DNA of 64,000 nucleotides from Macrostomum lignano (Eukaryota): positions 182,414 through 246,413 of the forward strand of contig NIVC01000881.1 of assembly GCA_002269645.1 (NCBI GenBank). The letters run 5' to 3'. Positions within the stretch are counted from its first letter, which is position 1, and every line of letters begins with the position of its first letter. Both the position numbers and the translations under genes were made by a program. A model generated the notes under the pieces. The model was not told the origin of the DNA and ran no database searches. It saw only the letters and a program-made list of their open reading frames with translations. Of the stretch, positions 38,037 through 50,000 are shown piece after piece.

Positions 38037-41000
38037 CTAGGATGAGCCGGCCCCGGCCGACAGCTGCTGGTTGACAGACTCCAGGCGTTTCAACACGGAA
38101 CCGTAGCTGAACTTGGCCTGGCCTGGGTTGAACGGGTCTCGCATCGGCTTGCCGTCTCGGTTGATGTGGCGCCTGCACAGGTCTGTGTAGTACTGGTAGT
38201 GCTGCCCGAAAGCGCTGCGCATCTCCTGGAGGGAGAGGGCAGTTCGGTGTGAGTCAAGATCCCAATCCCTGACCCCATGCTGAAATCCCAATCCCTGACC
38301 CCATGCTGAAATCCCAATCCCTGACCCCATGCTGAAATCCCAATCCCTGACCCCATGCTGAAATCCCAATCCCTGACCCCATGCTGAAATCCCAATCCCT
38401 GATCCCATTCTGAAATCCCAATCCCTGACCCCATGCTGAAATTCCAATCCCTGATCCCATGCTGAAATTCCAATCCCTGATCCCATGCTGAAATCCCAAT
38501 CCCTGACCCCATGCTGAAATCCCAATCCCTGATCCCATTCTGAAATCCCAATCCCTGACCCCACACTGAAATTCCAATCCCTGATCCCATGCTGAAACCC
38601 CAATCCCTGATCCCATTCTGAAATCCCAATCCCTGACCCCACACTGAAATTCCAATCCCTGATCCCATGCTGAAACCCCAATTCCTGATCCCATTCTGAA
38701 ATCCCAATCCCTGACCCCACACTGAAATTCCAATCCCTGATCCCATGCTGAAACCCCAATCCCTGATCCCATTCTGAAATCCCAATCCCTGACCCCATTC
38801 TGAAATCCCAATCCCTGACCCCATGCTGAAATCCCAATCCCTGACCCCATGCTGAAATCCCAATCCCTGACCCCATGCTGAAACCCCAATCCCTGACCCC
38901 ATGCTGAAATCCCAATCCCTGACCCCATGCTGAAACCCCAATCCCTGACCCAATGCTGAAATCCCAATCTCTGACCCCATGCTGAAATCCCAATCCCTGA
39001 CCCCATGCTGAAATCCATGACGCCAACCGGAGAGACGGCTCAGCGTGCTTGGCTACGCCGATGACCTCGCCCTGCTGTCCTCGACCGTCGAGGGCGCCCA
39101 ACGACAGCTGGATAGGCTGGTTGCCGTTGCGGCGAGCGTCGGCCTGGTGGTCAACACGCAGAAGACCGTTGTGCTCTGCGTGCCGGACGACATCGAGGCT
39201 GCAATCTTCTGCCGAGGCGCTGACGGACAGGCGAGTGAGCTTCCAAGATGTCAGCAGTTCGTCTACCTTGGCGGTCTGGTTCCCGACGTCCGCGAGGATC
39301 TGCGGCTTCGCCGAGGACTTGCCTGGGCTGCCTTTCGTTCTATGAGGTCAGTCCTGCAGTCCGAGGCCCTACCGGACCGCCAGAGGGCGGCGCTGTTCCA
39401 GGCGGTGATCGAGACCGTCCTGTTATACAACGCCGAGACCTGGACGCTGACAGACTCGCTCGAGGCTCAAGTCGACGCGGCACACGCTGGCCTGCTGCGC
39501 GCCGCCTTCAAGATCGGCAACGAGCGAGTCACCAACACGGCGCTCTATCATCGCGCCGGCCTGGCCCGTCCTAGCGATCTGCTGCGCCGTCGGCGACTCC
39601 AGCTGGCAGGCCACGTCATCCGCGCCGAGGCCTACTGTCCGGAGCCGGTGCAGGAGGTGCTGCTACTTACGTTGCAGGCACCCTACCGGCGGGGACAGGC
39701 GAGGACTCGGCGCTACGTCGACTGTCTGCTGGCTGACGCCGGCGCCCCGGACTCTGCCGGCGGTGCGGCCTTTGTTCGCGCCCAAGCTTCGAAGCGCGCC
39801 ATCTGACGCTGCTTTTGCGAACTGGCAGCGTACTCTGTTGTTGTTTGAAATCCCAATCCCTGACCCCATGCTGAAATCCCAATCCATGATACCATTCTGA
39901 AATCCCAATCCCTGATCCCATGCTGAAACCCCAATCACTGACCCCACTCTGAAATCCCAATCCCTGATCCCATGCTGAAACCCTAATCACTGACCCCATG
40001 CTGAAATCCCAATCCCTGACCCCATGATGAAATCCCAATCCCTGACCCCATGCTGAAACCCCAATCCCTGACCCCATGATGAAATCCCAATCCCTGACCC
40101 CATGATGAAATCCCAATCCCTGACCCCATGCTGAAATCCCAATCCATGATACCATTCTGAAATCCCATCCCTGATCCCACTCTGAAATCCCAATCCCTGA
40201 TTCCATGCTGAAACCCCAATCACTGATCCCGTTCTGAAACCCCAATCCCGGAATGCCATCAGCCACCTGTCTGAGCAACTGCGGCATGGGCACCCGGCCT
40301 TCCATCATCTCGCAGACGGCCACGCGAAGAGTCTCATGCTGCACAATGTCGTTATACTCGTCGCACTTCTTGACGCTGGCGCTAGCGAAGCCGGGCTCGT
40401 TTCGGTAGGGCTTTTCGTTCATCAGCGACTGCACAGAGAGCAGGACGGAGCGGAGGCCCATAGCCGGAGTCCAGCAGGGGCCCTCCCAGGTGCCCAGGAT
40501 GCTCAGGCAAACTTTGCCGTTCTTGTACAGGTTCGGGTTGAAGCGCACCTGTGCGACAAGAACAGGTGTTTCAACAGTGTTACAAATAATTCCCAGAAGC
40601 CCAGGAACCTACCGGAAATTTGCATAAACTTTCCGGGGAACTCGAAGCTTGGGGATGGTTAAATTTAGTGATCATGAAACTTGAGGCTATCAACTGTGGG
40701 ATCGAATGAGTTTGGGGATCATTAATGTCAGGGACGAGGGACTAATGAGTTCGGGGATTAATGAGATTGGGGATCATTAATGTCAGGGATTAATGAGTTC
40801 GGGGATTAATGAGATTGGGGATCATTAGTGTCAGGGATTAATGAGTTCGGGGATTATTGAGTGTGGGGATCATTAACATAAGCATCAATAAGTTTGATGT
40901 GGATCAATAAAGTTTTGAATTGCAAGAGGAAATCAAAAAGAGTTTGAAAGGTCGCTGAGCTGGGCTCACCTGCCCACTACCAGTGGTCATGAGCTGGGCC

Positions 41001-41362
41001 TTGGGCGGCTGCATGGGATACTGCTCGGTGACTCGCAGCACAAGATAAAAGAAGCCGCCCTGATACGGCGTGCCACTGGGGCCGATGAGCAGGGCGTGCA
41101 CCCTGCCCAGGTCGTCTTCATCCTGCACAGCTGCTATGCCAGGCAGCGGGTTGGTGACCAGGTCCAGCAGTTCCCTGGTCACCCGCGACAGGCACGTGGG
41201 TGGCAGTGGGCCAGTGTACCCATTGGGGCTCCAGTCCTCAGCCCTGCTGTGGGAACTGGCTGGCCCGGGGCCATGCTTGAAGATGGCGGCTGCTGCCTGT
41301 GGCAGATGGGCCGCCTTCTTGGCTTGCTTGGCTGGCGGCTGCCCATCATCACTGGAGGCCAT
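38037..41362 (-). CDS. UBE2Z: Ubiquitin-conjugating enzyme E2 Z (USE1), 3 exons, 287 aa
   Basis: Exons 41362-40970, 40548-40267, 38225-38037, all phase 0. [32 protein letters not shown]|[40 protein letters not shown] and MRDPF..F.Y..VLKRL match the UBE2Z subfamily including its C-terminal extension. Confidence 0.95.
38260..40245. repeat. 26-bp minisatellite (TGAAATCCCAATCCCTGACCCCATGC)n in UBE2Z intron 2, split by an RTE insertion
   Basis: Period 26 on both sides of 39017-39845. Confidence 0.95.
39017..39845 (+). mobile_element. 5'-truncated RTE-clade non-LTR retrotransposon (C-terminal part of RT), antisense to UBE2Z
   Basis: Uninterrupted ORF to 39806: [50 protein letters not shown]. Short (TTG)n tail. 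TGAAATCC flanks both ends (39009-39016 and 39846-39853). Confidence 0.93.
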
Positions 41363-42634
41363 GGTTCAGCTGCCAGTGAAGTGAAATAATAAGACAAAAC
41401 ATAACCTGTGACAAGAGACTTTGTTTTTCATTTCAATTGCATCTAGCAACTTAGAATTACCAGTAAAATTATTTTGTAGATTATTAGATTCTACATACAT
41501 ATTGATCACTTTAGTGAAAAAAACCTATTAATATAAAACTTCCCCTCTTGATATTCAATGTGATGCTAACCTGATATATGCAAAAAATATTATTATTTAC
41601 CAATTTGTAACCTGGTTTATCCATGATACTTTTCAACATGATTAATTATTTTAAATGTATTTTCATCTCATAGCACTTATGAATTTAAATCTTGAATTAA
41701 TTCTTAATATTAAAAATTTAAAAAAATTATTTTTTCCTTGCAAAACACTAGGATTAAAGATTCTATCTAGTTTTTATTATTTTTTAAAGCATTTTTTAAT
41801 ATCAAAATGGTTGGCCAGGTGATAGTATACTAGTTGAAAGACATTGCTCACTGGGGCAAATGGATGGCAATGTTGCTGAGCATATATACTATAATAAATT
41901 AAAAAGTAATAAAAGTTCAAAGTCAAATCTACAATTCAATAAACTTAGTCAATAGTCTAGACCATTTAGGTTTATAGGGAATTACTATAATGTTGACTTT
42001 TGGGGAGAATTACTAAGATATCAAGGCTTATAAAGGGAGAATCAATGAGATATCAAAGCTATAGATGCTAAATAATACTAGATAGTTCACTTTAATATAT
42101 TTAGCAAAACTATTCTGCATTTAATAAATCAATAATGTATAAAAACAACAGGACCTATTTATTTATTTACCTAGCTCCAATAGTATATTTTGATCCATTG
42201 CCAAGCTTGGCCATAGACAATAGAATTGAAAGTAGACAGCTAAGTTTTGCATATGATATAAATTTAGCTAACTATTATTTTTTTAATATTTTTGTCGAGA
42301 TAAAAAATAACTCAGCAAATATATATTCATACCATTAGATAAAGAGTAGCAAGTAAAATTGATATTGACACAAAGATAGTATTTAGTTAGTGAACCATCT
42401 AGATTTAAGGCCTAGGTAGGCCCTACTTAGTATCTATAATCAAAGCTTATAAAGGTAAAAAATAAGGGATTCCATCTGTTTAGTTGTTCTTATAATAAAA
42501 AAATTTATATTTTATTCTTTCTTGCCTCTCTAACAGGGGTGCTAATTGCTAGTTTCTTGCTCATAGGGCCTACACCTACTCATAGATAGAATATAGACAT
42601 AGGGCCTAGCCTTAGGCTTATAAGTTATAGACCT

Positions 42635-43303
42635 GGGTGCTGGTCATTTCGTCAACTGCCAGTTCGTCAACTGGGTTGACAAAGTGACTAACATTTTAAG
42701 GTGGTCTCACTTGCAGTTGACGAAATGACCAAGGTTTTAGATTGGTTCATTAGTCAGTTGACAAAATGACCTGAGAATGTTAGTTACTTTGTCTACAGTT
42801 TGCAAATGTCATAACATGTACATCAACTAACGCATGTCATATCTGCTTATTACCTTTGTTATTATCGGGTATTATTCTAGAAACTCCCAGATTTTCCGGA
42901 ACGTTCTTTATTAATTTGTATACATGCAGCAAGCATGCAGCAAGCATGCCGCTACAAAGGCAAGATCGATCTTTCACGCTTTCCACCTTCTTCTTTGACT
43001 ACTTCTGAATTCACCACAAAAAGAACCACCGATGAACCAACTGACTTCTCTCAATCCATCTTCGCACCCACCCCCAAACTGACAACGTGCCCTATCTCTG
43101 TAACTTGAACCAGGGCTTGTGGGGCGTGTATTATTGGCAGTTGACGAAGTGACCAAAAGTTGACATAGTCCCATTGAACAGTTGACGAAATAACCAAGCT
43201 TTGAAAGTATCCTATTGGTTGGTTGACGAAACAACCAATATGGGGAACGGGTTGACGATGTGTCCAGTTGACAAAATGGCAGTTCACGAAATGACTAGGA
43301 TCC
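42635..43303. mobile_element. Non-autonomous DNA transposon (Mutator/hAT-like MITE) with 40-bp imperfect TIRs and 8-bp TSD
   Basis: Left end GGGTGCTGGTCATTTCGTCAACTGCCAGTTCGTCAACTGG matches the reverse complement of the right end at 34/40. ATAGACCT lies on both flanks (42627-42634, 43304-43311). Internal GTTGACGAAATGACC subrepeats. Confidence 0.8.
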
Positions 43304-44009
43304 ATAGACCTAGCCTAGATGGCACAGCACATGGGCTAATTAAAATAATTATGACTAGGCCCAATTAAATTAAAATTGTGCTCTTTACTATTTAAAAAAA
43401 GAATAAGCTAAATATAAGATAAACATAACAACCTAAGCCCTAGCCTAGGTTAGACCAAAGTCAATCTACAGCCTAGGCCTATAGGCATATGATATAATAG
43501 GCCTAGGCTAGGCTTAGACTATAAGGCCTGGGCGTATCGACTATTATAAGCATTTAGGTCTGATACTACTAGACTAACCAATATAAAAACTTGCGGCTAA
43601 TAAATAAAAAACATAAAATTCATGCATATCCTCAAAATACTTATCGATGCCATTCGCTTACGTAGTCCATTCTAATGATTCTATCCATTCTATCCGACGG
43701 CTGAATGATGCCAGGGATTACTGCTTAAAAGCTAGTACATGTCGTAAAGATGCTAAGTAGTTTGTCCATTCTTTAATTTAAATGTTTTGAAAATAAGTTT
43801 TAAAATATTTCTATTAATATTTGTTCGAAATTTTTCACTTCTATCACAAACAAATTTTCTGATTTGTTACTCTACGCATCTATGTTTTAATCGACATTTT
43901 TCAACTTACAACGGAGGTTCCTATTTTTGCCATCATTCGCGTAGTAGGGTCACTGTACTATTCATTTTTCATTTTGCCACATTATCACCGTAAACGTTTT
44001 TAAAGCAAA

Positions 44010-47000
44010 ATGGCTGATTGCCTAAGAAAGCTTGTCACAATTAGGTCTTTTTCATTGCTGCAGGAACGACTGGACAGATGGAATCAAACATATAAGGTAC
44101 GCAAACTATAGCCTGCAGATACCGACACTCATATCAACACAATAACCCCTTAGATAAGAGTGTATAGTCGCAGCTCTGAAATAAATTTGGAAAACGAAAT
44201 ATATATTGCATGGCAATAATAACATAATCAAAAGCCATAAATCTCTGGTTAACGAAAATACTTCTATCATTTTATCGCCGGTAAAAGTTTTTACCGTTCA
44301 TGCACATTGCACTATCTCAGCTGGGGGTGAATGCATTGCCCTGTAGACCCTAACTGGCCTATGACTCCCTATACCTAGTTTAGGCACTAGAACACTTAAG
44401 CAAAACTTTTCATGCCATAATTTATTTGCAGCACAATTCCTACGACGAAAATTTGGCGAATGCGTGCGAACTAATTGAACTGAATGCGCGAGTGCAGAGC
44501 CAGCTGTTTAAATTGCTCAGCCTTTGCGCAGCTGAAGGTAATTATATGCTACCTTTGTATGGAATTGCTTCAAATGAGGTACAATTAACTTCTTTTCAAT
44601 AAAGCTGAGTGTTTCAAAACCGTACGCGACTTCAGGTGACCTACTCGGTGCGCATCCAGCCACTATTCGAGCTCGACTGCAGCCGCTGCTCGGCCCGGAC
44701 TTTTTCGAATCCGCCGCCGCCGATCAAGCCGACGATGAGGACGATGACGTCCCCGCCGGCTGCCTGAGCGCTGACGCAGCGCTAAGCGTTATCGCCAACG
44801 CTGGAGCTGCTCGTTCACATCAACAGCCTGCCTGTGGTGCTCCAGGTAGACGATTCGTCGACGTCGACGAAGTCAAAATTCCCGGCGCTGAGTTGGACGA
44901 ACTCGAGCATGACCTGCGCCTGATGCGGCGAGCCAACGACGGAATTCGGGCGCAGTGAGTCAAATTTATTACAAAGGCTTTAGCACCAACAGGTGACACC
45001 CTGTCTAGCAGCTGACACTCCTGTCTAACAGCTGACACTCCTGTCTAACAGCTGACACTCCTGTCTAACAGCTGACACTCCTGTCTAACAGCTGACACTC
45101 CTGTCTAGCAGGTGACACATTTATCTAAAATGCATTTCATCCTTGCTAAACAGTCAAGCAGCACCTCATCCATCAGCTGATGATTCCTCAGTCTTGGATT
45201 TGAGAATACAAAAAGAAAGCAATTCAAAAGAACAGTAGACACAGATGAGTAATATACTCGCAATTTGCCACCGATTATCGCCGCAGACTTGTACAGGCCA
45301 GAACGGAGCTGGAACGGCAGGCGAGAGTGTCAGCAGGTGAGAAGATGCTGGCTGACAACGAGATTCGAGAGCTCACTGCTAGGTGAGTGGCTAATCTAGT
45401 GGCGAAAATTCATGAGTTGTTCGGAGGGCTATGGGCACCCTGGCGCAACGCCTTTGGAGACGTCGTCTCGTTACAGCATCGACTCCTGAGCACATGCAAG
45501 TGCGCCAATACTGTACGCAGACATACTCTCATACACACGCTCACGCAGGGTGTACATTCTGTGTGCCTTGGGGCTTGGGTCCGTGGCGCGACAGTAAGAC
45601 GAGTTCACCACTGAACTGCGATTTGAGGCAAAATCGGGTCACTAATTAATAAATTTTCTACAAATTGAAAGTGATGAGCTGCATCTCAATGCCGGAGCTT
45701 GATGACTGCAAAATCTGCTCTGCACACCACCACAGGCTCACTAATTCAGAGGCCGAAAACGACCGGCTGAGAGCGCGGGTCCGCCAGCTTGAAGGGTACG
45801 ACAGACAAGTCCAGCGGCTTCGAGAGGACGTCACCGCGCTGCAGCAGCAGCAGAAACAGCAGAAACAGCAACAACAGCAAGAACTAGAGCGAGAGCAGCA
45901 GCAGCAGCAACAGCTGCAGCAGGAGTCGAGGAGGCCGCAGCAGCAGTCCCGATCGCGAGCTGCAACGCCCAGTGGCGGAATCAGGCGACAGGCGCCCATC
46001 ACTGACGGGTAATGCGTGCTGCTTCGCTGCTGGCTGTGGTAGGGGGTGTCGGGGAGGGAGGTGGGTGTCGGGGAGGGAGGTGGGTGTCGGGGAGGGAGGT
46101 GGGTGTCGGGAGGGAGGTGGGTGTCGGGAAGGGAGGTGGGTGTCGGGGAGGGAGGTGTGTGTCGGGGAGGGAGGTGGGTGTCGGGAAGGGAGGTGGGTGT
46201 CGGGAAGGGAGGTGGTTGTCGGGGAGGGAGGTGGGTGTCGGGGAGGGAGGTGGGTGTCGGGGAGGGAGGTGGGTGTCGGGAAGGGAGGTGGTTGTCGGGG
46301 AGGGAGGTGGGTGTCGGGGAGGGAGGTGGGTGTCGGGGAGGGAGATGGGTGTCGGGGAGGGAGATGGGTGTCGGGAAGGGAGGTGGGTGTCGGGGAGGGA
46401 GGTGGGTGTCGGGGAGGGAGGTGGGTGTCGGGGAGGGAGGTGGGTGTCGGGGAGGAGTTGGGTGTCGGGGAGGAAGGTGGGTTTCGGGGGGGGAGGTGGG
46501 TGTCGGGGAGGGAGGTGGGTGTCGGGGAGGGAGGTGGGTGTCGGGGAGGGAGGTGGGTGTCGGGGAGGGAGGTGGGTGTTGGAGATAGTGAGTAGATGTG
46601 TATCGGGGTGGGAGCTGGGTGTCAGAGATTTGAGATCGGTGCAATAAAAGCCGTTGTGAGAAGTATGATTTGACTGTTGCAAGTTTGAGCTGTTGGAAAA
46701 TCTGCAAGTAGACTGCGGCAACCCCTCGACCCGATCAGAGCCCTCAGCGACACTGTGGACCGGCACCTGGCACAGCGGGGGCCACCCGGGCCTCAGTCCC
46801 CGCTGTCGCTGAGCCATCCTTGGCAGCAGTCGCGCCAGCAGCACCTGATCGCCCGCTTCAACGAGGCTTTCACGGCGTCCCGAGCCGAAGCGATGGAGGC
46901 GCTGCGCTGTTGCTATGATGACCACGAGAACAACCAGAGAATTGTCTACGCTGCAGTTGTGGTGAGGGCGACTTCTAGGCTGAGCTGCTTCTCTCTGAGC

Positions 47001-50000
47001 TTTGGCAAAAATTCTCAGCATCCAAAACCAACCCGCAGGAATCCTTCAACTCGGCCAAAGTCGCCTTCCGATCCTTCAAAGCCCGCGTTCGGTCGCACCT
47101 GATTGCACGCAGGGTCGGCCCCGACCTGCTGGAGGAGGCTGTGCAGGACTTCATCAACTGCCACACGGATCTGTACGACTTGCACACTTTGGTGCAGGTG
47201 AGACCAAATTCTTAAAAGTGCATCAGCAATTTTCAATGCTCAGTTGGACTGCAGTGACAGATGCTCGAATTTGCAGGAGGTGCTTCGCTGCCTCTCCCGC
47301 AACTCCCGCCTCTACCTGCCTCCGGGCATCGGCTATGACGTCATCGCACCGTTCGTCACCGAGTGCTGCCGCATCGCCTGGGAGATGACGGCTCTGGCGC
47401 ATCCGCTCGATGTGGCCGTGGGATACGATGGGGAGCTGTTCGATGACTACAGGTGGGTCCTCGGATCACCCCATCCTCTAACCCCAACAGGTATCACCCA
47501 CCCCATCCTCCACTCCAATAGCACCTACCCCATCCTCCACTCCAATAGCACCTACCCCATCCTCCATCCCGACAGGTATCACCCAACCCATCATCCACCC
47601 CAACAGGTATCACGCACCCCATCCTCCACCCCAACAGGTATCACGCACCCATCCTCCACCCCAACAGGTATCACGCACCCCATCCTCCACCCCAACAGGT
47701 ATCACGCAACCCATCCTTCACCCCAACAGGTACCGCCGTAGCTACGACTCAGAGTTCTCAGCCACGGGCGTGTCGCACCACATCTGGCCTGCCCTGATGC
47801 AGGGCTCCGGGCTGTTAATGAAAGGCGAGGCTTGCACCCGGAGGGGTCACGTGAGTTCCAAAATTAATCTTAAAGCTCCGAGATAAATCACCGATGAGAT
47901 TTAAAAATCAAATTCATCAAAATCAAGTAAAGAATTAGAAGGACGCTACGCTGGGAAATCGTATATGAAACTCTGAGTAAAGAACGAATATTCGTAAAAA
48001 AACAATTTTAGCAAACAGAGCTGCACATTAGTCTGCGGAATTCCCGTTTTCAATATAAATAAAATAACAACAAACTGAACTAGAAACAATGAGTGGGGCG
48101 CAAACCTAAACAATTATATTGATAAGCATTAATGGGGGGATGCGTTTGGGGTGCTGATAAGAAATGAGGGTGAAGTGCGCAACTGAGGAGAGGCAAGATT
48201 GGAGAGCCAATCAGAAGGCAGTGGGGGAGTGATAAAATGATAAGACTAAACTGGACAGAGGGAGAGAAAACAGAAAAAACAGAGACGGGGAGGGTGGAGT
48301 GCGCAACTGAGGAGAGGCAAGATTGGAGAGCCAATCAGAAGGCAGTGGGGGAGAGATAAAATGATGACTAAACTGGACAGAGAGGGAGAGAAAACAGAAA
48401 AAACAGAGACGGGGAGGGTGGAGTGCGCAACTGAGGAGAGGCAAGATTGGAGAGCCAATCAGAAGGCAGTGGGGAGAGATAAAATGGTAAGACTAAACTG
48501 GACAGAGAGGGAAAGAAAACAGAAAAAAAACAGAGACGGGGAGGGTGGAGTGCGCGACTGAGAAAAAGGGCGAGATTGAGATTGAAGAGCCAATTAGAAG
48601 GCTGCAAGGGGAGATAAGAAAAACAAGACTGAACCAGTCATCGAGGGGGAGAGAAAACGACTGAATATATGACTTAAGAGTATTGTTATTCTTATATTTC
48701 TACTGCTAGTAGAGTACCAAATAAAATTTCTTTATAATTCATCTTATACATGTAATATTTGATAATATTCTGATATAGGTAAAACATAAGTGATTAAATA
48801 AATGCTACTATATTTTGAAATCCGTAAATTTTTGATACATCGATTTGGCAGTTTCTTCTACCCAATACTTCATAGCGGTCCGAAATATATGTATGATAAT
48901 ACGTCAAGTACTACAACTGCAAGTTAAAATACAACTGGTCTTCACTACTCAACAGATTTAGTGCTGAAAATTGAGAACTGTCGATCTTTCTAATGTATTT
49001 TATAATGTAGAAGAGTGACCTCCAGCGAAAGAGGACTTGTTATGAATATAAAAGATGTATGGCCACTCTGTGTAACAAACTATTTATCCGGATTGCTCCA
49101 GCCAGGTGTAGGAGCCGCCACAGCAGGATAACTGCATGCTAGTCGATGCGACAAGAGCGCACCAGGTATCCTGATGTTGTTGCGTCCGTTGTCAAGTATG
49201 CCTGAAAGGCCTGTGGGCACAGGCCAGCCCTTGAATTTTTATTGATTTCACGAAACCGCATTTCTAAGGGGTTTCTAATGGGTTGTAGCCTAGTAGTGGT
49301 CAGAGCGTCGGACTCACGCCTTGAAGGTCGGGGGTTCGATTCTCGACCCACTCGGAACAATTCGTGTCCTTGAGCAAGACACTTAACTCTGCGTTGCTTC
49401 AGCTCACCCAGCTGTAAAATGGGTGCCAGCATTAGCTGGGGTAATTGAGGGTGTGTGCGGCGACCCCCCCCCAGTCCTTGGACTGAACAGCCGTACGCAG
49501 CCTTCAGATGCGCCGCGCAATAGCTGCGGCTAAGCTGTCGGTTGCACATCTGCCCATTAGGCAAGGTGTAATCAATAATCAATTATTTATTACTCGTATT
49601 TACGAAACCGCGCACAAATCACGGATTTGCATGATTTTACTCACAAATTGGTTGAGTTCACGTACATTTTATTTATTTATTTTTGTTTCATTTGATTAAA
49701 AAGAAATTGCCACTATGCACTGCATTATTATTTCTGCTCCTGGCCACTGTATCCTTGCTTGCTTCACTTTTGGTGACTGAATGGCTTATGAAAACTCGGA
49801 ATTGTATCAGCCTAATGACCTTTATTACTAACTCAAGTGCCGTATATTCTTGATGGCACCGAGGAAAGAGCGCTATCAACACTGAAGGAGGGGCGGTAAC
49901 ACACTGAAGGAGGGGCGGTAACACACTGATGGAGAGGCGGTAACACACTGAAGGAGGGGCGGTAACACACTGATGGAGGGGGCGGTAACACACTGAAGGA

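Noticed and set aside
49283-49355. tRNA gene (also near 54675)
   Set aside because: A- and B-boxes are present, but I could not form an acceptor stem and the sequence continues into a shared SINE body.
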